NCBI GenBank assembly: GCA_963520005.1
Contig: CAUQPS010000001.1
Location: 51,703-115,702, forward strand
Origin: an uncultured Campylobacter sp.
Lineage (GTDB): Bacteria; Campylobacterota; Campylobacteria; Campylobacterales; Campylobacteraceae
Direction: 5' to 3'
DNA: 64,000 nucleotides
Made by a program: the position numbers and the translations under genes. This document shows, piece by piece, positions 21,536 to 30,370 of this stretch (the stretch's first letter is position 1; the number at the start of each line of letters is the position of its first letter). Below the pieces are notes generated by a model, which made no database searches, was not told where the DNA came from, and worked only from the letters and a program-made list of their open reading frames with translations.

Positions 21536-22061
21536 AGCTTTAAAATTCTGCGCCTTTTGCGCCCCGGTTTTGCTCTACGAAATTTTGAAATTTTATTTTT
21601 GAAATTCGGCTATCGGGCTTATCCGCAAAAATTGAAATTTTACCTTGGAATTTAGCCGCGCGCGGGAATTTAGCAGCTCGTCGCTTTGGCTGCAGGGCTT
21701 TTTTCGATAAAGCTCGTCTCTTTGATGCGACGAGGCACGGCTGCCAGAGCTTTAACGTTTGGATTAAAATTTTATCTTAAAATTTCAGCGCTTCGTTGCG
21801 GACCTGTCTCTAAATTTAAACGCTCGCGCCGTTTTAAAACCGCTGCGGTAAAATTTTATCGCACGCTGGGCTTTTCAGCGCTACCTGCACTTGATCTTAG
21901 GCATCTGAGATAAAATTTTGGCTTGATTTTCCTTTATAAATTTTCGCATCTTTTTAAAATCCCTATCCGAATCGAAATTTTTTAAATATTTCTATATAAA
22001 AACCGAGCTTTAATCAATAAAAGGCTACAATAACGCCAAATTTAATTCCAAGGAAAAGTCA

Positions 22062-23213
22062 TTGTTTGAATCCATGCGCGCGGCACGCTCGCTAAGCCCC
22101 CTATTTCTGGGGATTTTCTTTATGTTTATCGGCGACGCGCTAGTCATCGCAAGCGCGGGCATCATGCTAAAAGAATCCGGCCACAGCGAGCTTGAGATCG
22201 GACTAATTTCGGCGTTTTTCTTTTTAGGGGCGATCTTTAGCGGCTTTTTTGTGCCTTCGATAATCGGCGCGCTCTCGTACGTGCGGGCATACGCGGTCTT
22301 TACGGCGCTTTTCGGCATCGCGGCGATGCTGCACGATCTTGGCTCAAACCTCGTATATTGGGCGATTTTGCGCTTTATTTTGGGCTTTTGCTACTACGCG
22401 CTTTTGATGATAATCGAAAGCTGGATCAACTCAAAGATCACAAACTCCATCCGCTCCCGCGTGCTCGCGATCTACGAAGCGGTTTTTTACGGCGCGTTTG
22501 CGATAGGAGTTATAATTTTGGCGCTAAATTTCGGAACGATGAAGGTTTTCGTGCTAAGCGCATTTTTTATCATCTTAGCGCTGCTGCCGGTAAATTTAAT
22601 CCGCTTCAACCCTCCTAGGGTTCCCGCTCGCATGCGAATTTCGATGCCGCAAATTTCAATCGTGCCGCCGCTTGCGTTTGCGACGGTGGTTTGCGCGGGC
22701 ATTTTGATTAACGGCTTTTTTTCGATGGCGAGCGTTTTCGTGCTAAGCGCAGGGCTTGGAGTGGGCTCGGTGGGCGCATTTATGGGATCGGCGATGGCAG
22801 GAGGCTTCTTAGCGCAGCTCGTCTGTGGCACTATTTCAGATAAGTTTGGTCGCAAACGCGCCATAATGATAGTTTGCGTCGTGGGCCTTACTTCCTGCGC
22901 AGCGCTATTTTTTGCTAAAAGCTTCATCCTAACGTGTGCGCTTGCGTTGATGTTAGGATTTGGCGCTTTTCCTTTGTATTCGCTCGCCATCGCGCGCGCA
23001 AACGACTCCATTACCGGCGAGGGTGCATCTCGCGTGCAAATTTCAGCGGCGATGCTTTTTATCTATTCGAGCGCGTCTCTCTGCTCGCCTTTGATCATCG
23101 GCGCGATGATGAAATTTTTGGGCGCAAACGGCTTTATCTGGGTCTTTTTCGCGGCGATGAGCTTTTTATTTATATTTGCTATCTTTCGCCCCGAGATCGC
23201 GCCGAAAAGATAA
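22062..23213 (+). CDS. MFS transporter (YcaD-like)
   Basis: About 12 hydrophobic segments; IESWIN...RSRVLAIY; GTISDKFGRK. Confidence 0.85.
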   Translation: MFESMRAARSLSPLFLGIFFMFIGDALVIASAGIMLKESGHSELEIGLISAFFFLGAIFSGFFVPSIIGALSYVRAYAVFTALFGIAAMLHDLGSNLVYWAILRFILGFCYYALLMIIESWINSKITNSIRSRVLAIYEAVFYGAFAIGVIILALNFGTMKVFVLSAFFIILALLPVNLIRFNPPRVPARMRISMPQISIVPPLAFATVVCAGILINGFFSMASVFVLSAGLGVGSVGAFMGSAMAGGFLAQLVCGTISDKFGRKRAIMIVCVVGLTSCAALFFAKSFILTCALALMLGFGAFPLYSLAIARANDSITGEGASRVQISAAMLFIYSSASLCSPLIIGAMMKFLGANGFIWVFFAAMSFLFIFAIFRPEIAPKR

Positions 23214-23223
23214 CGGCTTGATT

Positions 23224-24414
23224 TTAAATTTTTTCGTAGATCAAAAATTTATAATAAAACGCCGCGATTGCGAACATAAAGCCCATGCCGAAGGTGATTT
23301 GCGAAAGCGAAAATCCAAGCTCGAAAAAAAATCCGATCGCAGCCGACACGAGCGTGGCGACGATGAAATACGCCATGTCGTTGTAGGCGATGACGCGCCC
23401 GAAAAACTCCCTATCGACGTGGTTTTGCAGCTGCGTAAAAGAATACGACCACACCGTCGTGATGAAAAATCCCGCTGCGATCATGCCAGCAAACGAAAGC
23501 CAGTAGTTAAACTCCAGCACCGCCCACAGCGCGATGCCCGCAAACTGCCCCAGCAAAATCCAAAAAAAGGTGTGTTTGTTTACGATTTTGCTTAGCCATA
23601 TCTGCCCGAAAAATGCAGCCGCCGAGCGCGACATATTCATAAGCCCGATGACTAGCGAGGCACTTAAAATTTCTTTGTATTTATACTTCGCAAGAAGCGC
23701 GATGAGATTGTCGTAGGTGGTGACGGCGACGAAGGCGTGAAGGACGATGAGATGCACGACCAAAGGGTGCGAGCGCAAGTAAGAAAAGCCCTCCTTTAGC
23801 ATCTTAAACACGGGCTCACGCGCGTTTCTTGCGAGGTCTTTAAAATTTAGCCGCAGCAGGATGAAAAATGAAAAAACGTATAAGCAAAAATCCAAAATAA
23901 ACGCCGCTCGCACGCCGAAATAGTGGATAAAAACGCCCGCGCTCGCCATGCCGAAAGTATATGTGATCGTCCAGATAATGCCCGTCATCTCGTTAGCAAG
24001 CTTGAGATAGGAGCGGCTTAGAAATTTCGGCAGCGTGGAGGATTCGGTCTGAAAAAACAGCGTGCCTGCGACGCTTCGCACGACCACGATCAGAAGCAGC
24101 AGCCACAGATAATTCAAACTATCGATAAAAATCAGCATGAAAATACTGATCATCTCGGTTACAAACATCGCCGTCATCAGAGGCTTTGGTTGAAATTTAT
24201 CCACGATGATGCCGTTGATGGGCGCTAAAAAAACGTTTGGCACGAACGAAACGACGCCCACTGCCGTAATCGCCCACACCGGCGCGCCAAGTTCAATCAG
24301 TAGCGTAGCGACCCCCACCACAGAAAACCACAAGCCGAACATACATATAAAACCCGCCGAAAAGAGCAGGCGGTAGTTGCGTGAATGGCGAAGCAGCACG
24401 ATGTATCTGATCAT
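23224..24414 (-). CDS. MFS transporter (DHA3/macrolide-efflux-like)
   Basis: APINGIIVDKF motif A, KEGFSYL loop, FGRVIAYND; convergent with the previous MFS gene. Confidence 0.8.
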   Translation of the reverse strand: MIRYIVLLRHSRNYRLLFSAGFICMFGLWFSVVGVATLLIELGAPVWAITAVGVVSFVPNVFLAPINGIIVDKFQPKPLMTAMFVTEMISIFMLIFIDSLNYLWLLLLIVVVRSVAGTLFFQTESSTLPKFLSRSYLKLANEMTGIIWTITYTFGMASAGVFIHYFGVRAAFILDFCLYVFSFFILLRLNFKDLARNAREPVFKMLKEGFSYLRSHPLVVHLIVLHAFVAVTTYDNLIALLAKYKYKEILSASLVIGLMNMSRSAAAFFGQIWLSKIVNKHTFFWILLGQFAGIALWAVLEFNYWLSFAGMIAAGFFITTVWSYSFTQLQNHVDREFFGRVIAYNDMAYFIVATLVSAAIGFFFELGFSLSQITFGMGFMFAIAAFYYKFLIYEKI

Positions 24415-24497
24415 AAAATTTTATCCCGTAAATTTAATATAAAAAATCTAGCGAAATTGTATCACGGCGCGCCTTAAAAGCCAAAATAAGCTAAAAA

Positions 24498-24506
24498 TGC
24501 TATAAT
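24498..24506 (+). promoter_or_regulatory. Extended -10 promoter (TGnTATAAT) of the SPFH-NfeD operon
   Basis: TGCTATAAT about 27 nt before the ATG at 24533, with AGGAG RBS in between. Confidence 0.65.
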
Positions 24507-24532
24507 TGCGAAATTTTAATTCAGGAGTGAAA

Positions 24533-25453
24533 ATGGAAGGGTTCGTAACTACGGTAATAGTATTTTGCGTCCTCATCGCAGCAATTCTAAAGATGGGGGT
24601 CAAGATCGTCTCGCAATCGGAAATTTTAATCATCGAGCGGCTGGGTCGCTTTCATAAGGTGCTCGACGGCGGCTTTCACATCATCGTGCCGTTTTTTGAC
24701 GCGGTGCGCGCGAAGATGAGCGTGCGCGAGCAGCTGGTGGACATCAGCAAGCAGCAAGTCATCACCAAAGATAACGTCAACATAAGCGTGGACGGTATCG
24801 TGTTTTTGAAGGTTATAGACGGCAAGATGGCGCTTTACAACGTCGAGGATTATCGCCGCGCGATTTCAAATTTAGCGATGACGACGCTACGTAGCGCGAT
24901 CGGCGAGATGAGCCTAGATAGCACGCTTAGTTCGCGCGATCAGCTAAATTCCAAGCTACAAATCGCTCTAGGCGACGCTGCGGATAACTGGGGCGTAAAG
25001 ATCATGCGCGTGGAGATTTCCGAAATTTCGGTACCGCACGGCATCGAAGAGGCGATGAATATGCAGATGAAGGCAGAGCGCGAAAAGCGCGCGATCGAGC
25101 TTAAAGCCGAGGCGGAAAAAGCAGCCCTCATCCGAAACGCCGAGGCGCTAAAGCAGGAGAAGGTGCTCGAAGCCGAGGCGATCGAGCGTATGGCGGATGC
25201 AAAAAAATATGAGCAGATCGCGCTTGCACAAGGTCAAAAAGACGCGATGGAGAGCATCAATATCGCGATGGGCTCGTCACACTTCGCCGCCGAATACCTG
25301 CTTGCGCAAGGTCGCGTAAACGCTTTTAGCGAGCTGTCCAAAAACCCGAGCAAAGATAAAATTTTGATCCCTTACGAAACGAGCGAGCTTCTAGGCTCTC
25401 TTAGCGTGCTTAAAGAATTCCTCGGCAAAAACGGCGCGAAGGAGCTCAAATGA
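24533..25453 (+). CDS. SPFH/band-7 (stomatin/QmcA-like) protein
   Basis: IIERLGRF, QVITKDNV, TTLRSAIG, WGVKIMRVEI, QMKAEREKRA. Confidence 0.92.
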   Translation: MEGFVTTVIVFCVLIAAILKMGVKIVSQSEILIIERLGRFHKVLDGGFHIIVPFFDAVRAKMSVREQLVDISKQQVITKDNVNISVDGIVFLKVIDGKMALYNVEDYRRAISNLAMTTLRSAIGEMSLDSTLSSRDQLNSKLQIALGDAADNWGVKIMRVEISEISVPHGIEEAMNMQMKAEREKRAIELKAEAEKAALIRNAEALKQEKVLEAEAIERMADAKKYEQIALAQGQKDAMESINIAMGSSHFAAEYLLAQGRVNAFSELSKNPSKDKILIPYETSELLGSLSVLKEFLGKNGAKELK

Positions 25454-26022
25454 ACGCGCTGATTTTTATCATAATCGGCGTGATTTTGGCGATCGTCGAG
25501 CTTTTGGTGATGGATTTTACCTTTATATTTTTCAGCGCCGGATTTTTCATCACGGGGCTTTTGAGCTTCGGTTTTCATCTTGATTGGGACGTACAAATTC
25601 TGCTTTCGTTCGTGCTATCTTTCGTGCTTCTGATCGCATTTAAAAGGCCGCTAAAATCGCGCTTTTTCAAACCAGAAGAGAAACATGAGGATAATTTTTT
25701 AGACGAAAGCGGCACCGGCACCGTCAAAAACGGCATGGTCTATTTCAAAGGCACGTTTTGGAAAAGCGATGAAATTTCGGATCTGAACGAGGGCGACCGC
25801 GTCGAAATTTTAGGCGTAAAAAACGGCCAGATCGTGATTAAAAAAGATAGCAGTCGAAATTCTAGCGGCGCAGACGGCGTAAATTTAAATGACGGCGGCG
25901 TAAATTTAGGCGACGCGGACAGCACGGGTGCCGACGATAAAAATTCTAATGCCGTCGCAAGCAAAGACGCGCAAAGCTCTGGCGCTAAAGAAGAAGCGCC
26001 CGCAGATCCGAAAGAGGCGTAG
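25450..26022 (+). CDS. NfeD-family membrane protein with low-complexity C-terminal extension
   Basis: N-terminal TM helices, OB-like GMVYFKGTFWK...EGDRVEI; coupled to the SPFH gene by ATGA overlap. Confidence 0.85.
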   Translation: MNALIFIIIGVILAIVELLVMDFTFIFFSAGFFITGLLSFGFHLDWDVQILLSFVLSFVLLIAFKRPLKSRFFKPEEKHEDNFLDESGTGTVKNGMVYFKGTFWKSDEISDLNEGDRVEILGVKNGQIVIKKDSSRNSSGADGVNLNDGGVNLGDADSTGADDKNSNAVASKDAQSSGAKEEAPADPKEA

Positions 26023-26023
26023 A

Positions 26024-26374
26024 GTGAGCGCTAAAACCGCACCGAAAAAAGCGATCAACAGCAAAGATGAAATTTTAAAATTTTTATCGTCGCAGAAAAA
26101 GAGGCTTTTTGCGGTTGGCATTACCGAGCTAGGGCTTTTCGGCAGCTACGCGAAGGGTAGCGCCGACGCGTTTTCAGACATCGACATCGCGATCGAAACC
26201 GACGGGGCAAAAATGGTAAAAAATCTAGGAAACCCTTTTTCGGCGCTGGTTTTTTTAGACAATTTTAAAAAAAAGCTCTCCGGCAAATTTAATGTAAATG
26301 TCGATCTGTGCGATACTACCTCTTTAAGTCGCGAAGAAAAAGCAAAGCTGCTGCAAGGAGCGATTTATGTTTGA
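26024..26374 (+). CDS. Minimal nucleotidyltransferase (MNT) antitoxin
   Basis: GS-X10-DXD motif (GSYAKGSADAFSDID) and VDL; probable GTG start at 26024. Confidence 0.85.
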   Translation: MSAKTAPKKAINSKDEILKFLSSQKKRLFAVGITELGLFGSYAKGSADAFSDIDIAIETDGAKMVKNLGNPFSALVFLDNFKKKLSGKFNVNVDLCDTTSLSREEKAKLLQGAIYV

Positions 26375-26741
26375 AAGATCAAGCGTCGAGCGATTAAAAA
26401 AGATATCTGATAAAATTTCATCCATCCTAAAAAAATGCGAGGGCGGCGTAGCGCAGGCTCTTGCCGATGAGGACGTTTTGCAGCCCGCGATAATGATGCA
26501 GTTCATCAATATCCACGCCCTGCTAAAGGGGCTGCAAGAAAGCAACGATTTGCATGCTTTGGCGATCTTTAGTAAAGATGAAATAAGAGCTATCAACGCC
26601 ACCAGAAATATTGCTTCGCACGAATACGAACGGCTAAATTTTGAGCTGATAGAGATAGCTATCAAGGACTATCTGCCGACGCTAAATCAAAAAATCATCG
26701 ATGCATTAAAGCCGTATCGCAAAGGCAAATCGGAAGGATAA
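26367..26741 (+). CDS. HEPN (DUF86/HepT-like) RNase toxin
   Basis: RX4HXY motif (RNIASHEY); overlaps the MNT stop codon. Confidence 0.85.
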   Translation: MFERSSVERLKKISDKISSILKKCEGGVAQALADEDVLQPAIMMQFINIHALLKGLQESNDLHALAIFSKDEIRAINATRNIASHEYERLNFELIEIAIKDYLPTLNQKIIDALKPYRKGKSEG

Positions 26742-26743
26742 AT

Positions 26744-27793
26744 TTGAAAAGACTAAGTATAGATGAAGCTCTAAATTTAATAGAACACGCCGATCTGAAC
26801 GAGCTTGGACGCGCGGCGTTTGCACGCAAGCGCGAGCTGCACCCGGATCGCGTCACGACCTTCATCATCGATCGAAACATAAACTACACCAACGCCTGCA
26901 TGGTGGATTGCAAATTTTGCGCATTTTACCGCCACGCAAGCGATGCGGATGCCTATGTGCTGAGCTTTGAACAGATTAGCAAAAAGATCGAGGAGCTCAT
27001 CGCCGTGGGCGGCACGCAAATTTTATTTCAAGGCGGCGTTCATCCGAAGTTGAAAATCGAATGGTACGAGGATCTGGTGGAGTTCATCCGCAAAAATTAC
27101 CCGAGCATCGCGATCCACGGCTTCTCGGCGATCGAGATCGATTATATCGCGCGCCTTAGCGGCATCAGCACGCTTGAAGTGCTTCGCAGACTGCAAGCTA
27201 AGGGGCTTTACTCGATGCCCGGAGCCGGAGCCGAAATTTTAAGCGACCGCGTGCGAGAGCTAGTAGCGCCGCGCAAAAGCGACAGCGCCACGTGGCTTAG
27301 AGTGCACGAGGAGGCGCACGGCATCGGCATGAAAACGACCGCCACGATGATGTTCGGCACGCTGGAAAGCACGCGCGAGATCGTGGAGCACTGGGATAAA
27401 ATCCGCGAGCTGCAAGACCGCACGGGCGGCTTTCGAGCGTTTATTTTATGGAGCTTTCAGGGGCAAAACACCCGCCTTTTGCGCGAGCATCCAGAGATCA
27501 AAAAGCAAAGCCCGAACCGCTACCTGCGCCTGCTCGCCGTCTCGCGACTATTTTTGGATAATTTCAAAAACATCCAAAGCAGCTGGGTCACGCAGGGCAG
27601 CTACATCGGGCAGCTGGCGCTAAAATTCGGCGCGAACGATCTGGGAAGCACGATGATGGAGGAAAACGTCGTAAAGGCCGCGGGCGCGAGCTTTCGGATG
27701 AGCAAGGACGAGATGATAGCGCTGATCCGCGACATAGGCGAAATACCCGCCAAGCGCAACACCAACTACGATATTTTGGAGACGTACGCTTAG
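26744..27793 (+). CDS. mqnC: Cyclic dehypoxanthine futalosine synthase (radical SAM, menaquinone futalosine pathway)
   Basis: DRNINYTNACMVDCKFCAFYR, LFQGGVHP, PGAGAEIL, GANDLGSTMMEENVV. Confidence 0.9.
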   Translation: MKRLSIDEALNLIEHADLNELGRAAFARKRELHPDRVTTFIIDRNINYTNACMVDCKFCAFYRHASDADAYVLSFEQISKKIEELIAVGGTQILFQGGVHPKLKIEWYEDLVEFIRKNYPSIAIHGFSAIEIDYIARLSGISTLEVLRRLQAKGLYSMPGAGAEILSDRVRELVAPRKSDSATWLRVHEEAHGIGMKTTATMMFGTLESTREIVEHWDKIRELQDRTGGFRAFILWSFQGQNTRLLREHPEIKKQSPNRYLRLLAVSRLFLDNFKNIQSSWVTQGSYIGQLALKFGANDLGSTMMEENVVKAAGASFRMSKDEMIALIRDIGEIPAKRNTNYDILETYA

Positions 27794-28460
27794 GTGGGGT
27801 TTTGCGCGTTTGCGGCAGGAATTTATGCGCTTACGGCGCGAATTTAGCGGCAAATTTGCCTTAAAACAGATAGCGAATTCTCGATCGCGAGCGTGGAATT
27901 TTGCGACGGAATTTAAAATTTTGGTATCGGTACGGGGTTAAATTTGTAGGCTCAAGCGGAATTTGCGCAGTAAAATTTCATTTTGCTGCGGAATTTCGCC
28001 TTAGAATTTTTTGGACGCGAAATTCTACGCTGCGAGATCAACGCGACAGAGACGGCGCGTAGAAAGCATTTTGTGAAGGCGCTTGCCGCGTTTGCAGCGA
28101 CAAAATATATTGCGGTCTCTATACGCCGCAGAGCTGCGTATTTGGTAGCGGTAATGCGCCCCGTTTAGGCGCTAGCGAATACATTTCGCCTCATAGCTGG
28201 AATGCGCTGCGGCGACGCGCCGTTTGGAATGCTGAAATTTTACAAAATGTGCGGCGCGATTAAATTTTAAAGCAGGACGGGCAAAACTACCCTGGCGCGA
28301 AATTTTAGAAGCGAGTTTTGAACAAAATTTTGAAAACTTGTTTTAGCGAAATTTTAAAAGTGAGCCCCGGCGCAAATTTCAAAAGCGGCGTGGCTGCGTC
28401 AAAATTTTAAAACTGCGCCTGCAAGAGCGATAAAATTTAAAAATTTTATAAAGGAAAACG

Positions 28461-29720
28461 ATGGAAAAAAAAGAGATTTCACTTAAGACCAAAGGCGGCA
28501 AAAGCGCTAAAATCGACTTTTTATATCAGTTCGACGATTCGCTGCCGGTGGCGAGCTTCAAGCTAATTTTTAAAGCAAGCGGTGCGGTGAGCGAGAAAAT
28601 CGCGGGCCTTGCGCGCATCTGCGCGGGCATTTTGGGCGAGGGATCAAAGACGCTAGGAGTGAGCGAATTTCACCGCAAGCTCGATATCCGCGCGGTCGAG
28701 ATCAGCGCTACGAGCAATTTTGAGACCTTCGGCATCCAGCTAAACTGCCTAAAAGAACACTTCGATTTCGGCCTAGATATGCTGCGAGAGCTGCTTAAAG
28801 AGCCCAATCTAACGCCATCGGTGCTGGAAAAGCTAAAAATGCAAACCATAGGCGAGATCGCCGTGCTAAAAAGCGAGTTCGATTACATCGCGACATGCAA
28901 CCTAAAAGCGCTTCTGTATCCGCGCACGAGGCTCGCTCAGCCGCTCATAGGCGACGAGGCGAGCGTAGAGCGGATCACGATGAAGGACGTGCGGGAGTTT
29001 TTCGCCTCGCTAAGTTTAGAGAATTTATATGTCGTTTTATGCGGCGACGTGAGCGATAAAAACCCAAAAATCGCTGAAATTTTAAGCCTCTTTTCAAGCG
29101 GCAAAAAGCGCGAGCTGCCGTTTTTTACGCCGAGCGATGCGAAAAAGATAAAGATCCAAAAGGAGCAGACGCAGCAGGCCTACATCTACTTCGGCGCGCC
29201 ATTTACGCTGCCAAAGGAGCAGGAGTTCATCGCAAACACCGCGCTTTTCGTGCTCGGAAGCAGCGGTTTTGGCAGCAGACTGATGGAGCGCATCCGCGTT
29301 AAGCATGGCCTTGCGTATTCGGTCTATGCGCGCGGCGATTTCGAGCTTAGCCGCCGCGAGTTTTGGGGCTATCTGCAGACCAAAAACGAAAATTTGCAAA
29401 ACGCCGCCGCGCTCGTAAAAGAGGAGATCGCGAAATTTATCGCATCTGGCGTGAGCGAAGCGGAGCTAAAAAGCGCTAAAAAATTCCTGATCGGAAGCGC
29501 CGTACTGCAAAAAGAGACGATGTTTAAGCGCGCGGCGATCGCGCAGAGCGAGTATTACAAGGGCTACGCATTCGGCGAGTTCGAGCGAAATTTAAAGCGT
29601 ATCGAGACGCTAAAACTAGGAGCGCTCAACGATTTCATCAAGTCGCACGACGAGATCATGAACCTAAGCTTTTCCGTCATTTGCGACGAGGTCGCCGCGA
29701 AAAAGGGGCTTAAAATTTAG
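28461..29720 (+). CDS. M16-family peptidase-like protein (no HxxEH seen; non-catalytic-type subunit)
   Basis: LGSSGFGSRLMERIRVKHGLAYSVY motif; conserved position between mqnC and recG. Confidence 0.85.
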   Translation: MEKKEISLKTKGGKSAKIDFLYQFDDSLPVASFKLIFKASGAVSEKIAGLARICAGILGEGSKTLGVSEFHRKLDIRAVEISATSNFETFGIQLNCLKEHFDFGLDMLRELLKEPNLTPSVLEKLKMQTIGEIAVLKSEFDYIATCNLKALLYPRTRLAQPLIGDEASVERITMKDVREFFASLSLENLYVVLCGDVSDKNPKIAEILSLFSSGKKRELPFFTPSDAKKIKIQKEQTQQAYIYFGAPFTLPKEQEFIANTALFVLGSSGFGSRLMERIRVKHGLAYSVYARGDFELSRREFWGYLQTKNENLQNAAALVKEEIAKFIASGVSEAELKSAKKFLIGSAVLQKETMFKRAAIAQSEYYKGYAFGEFERNLKRIETLKLGALNDFIKSHDEIMNLSFSVICDEVAAKKGLKI

Positions 29721-30370
29721 TCTGTCGCGGCACAGCGAGTGCATACCTGCGACCGGCCTAAAATTTGGGTAAATTTTAAAATTTGTAAAGCGGCGCGAAC
29801 GATATTAAGGCGCGAACGGCGCTAAATTTTACTTTTTCGCTCCACTTGCGGACAGCTTGTGCGTTTAAATTTAAAACCGCACCTGCGTCGCGTTAAAATT
29901 TGCGGGGCTTTGCAGAAACGATTAAATTTACGAGCCTTATAGGGGCGGCTAAATTTAAAGGCGCCATGCACGGCTCGGTAAAAATTCAGCGCGCAAAATA
30001 AAAGCTCGATTTAGCACGCCGTTTGCAAGCCGCGCTGTGAAATTTAAAAAGGAGCGCGGTGGTGGCTGCCGTAATTGAATTTTTGCAGTTCGTAAATCGC
30101 GCCGTGAAATTTCAAGCGCTCGCACTCTGTTTAAACCCGGTGCGCGCCGCAAAGACGCGGTTGCCAAACAAAGTGCGCGCAAACGAGTAAAATTTATGGG
30201 CGAAGCCGGCGAGTAAATTTGCCGCAATGGGCGAAATTTTAGCCAAATTTAGGCAAGCGTTCGATGCGGCGCATAAAATTTTGATCAAATTTAGGCGAGC
30301 GATTCCACTGCGGCGTATAAAATTTCACAGCGCGAGGGCTTAAGCGCCTATCAAATTTAAAGGATGAAAA

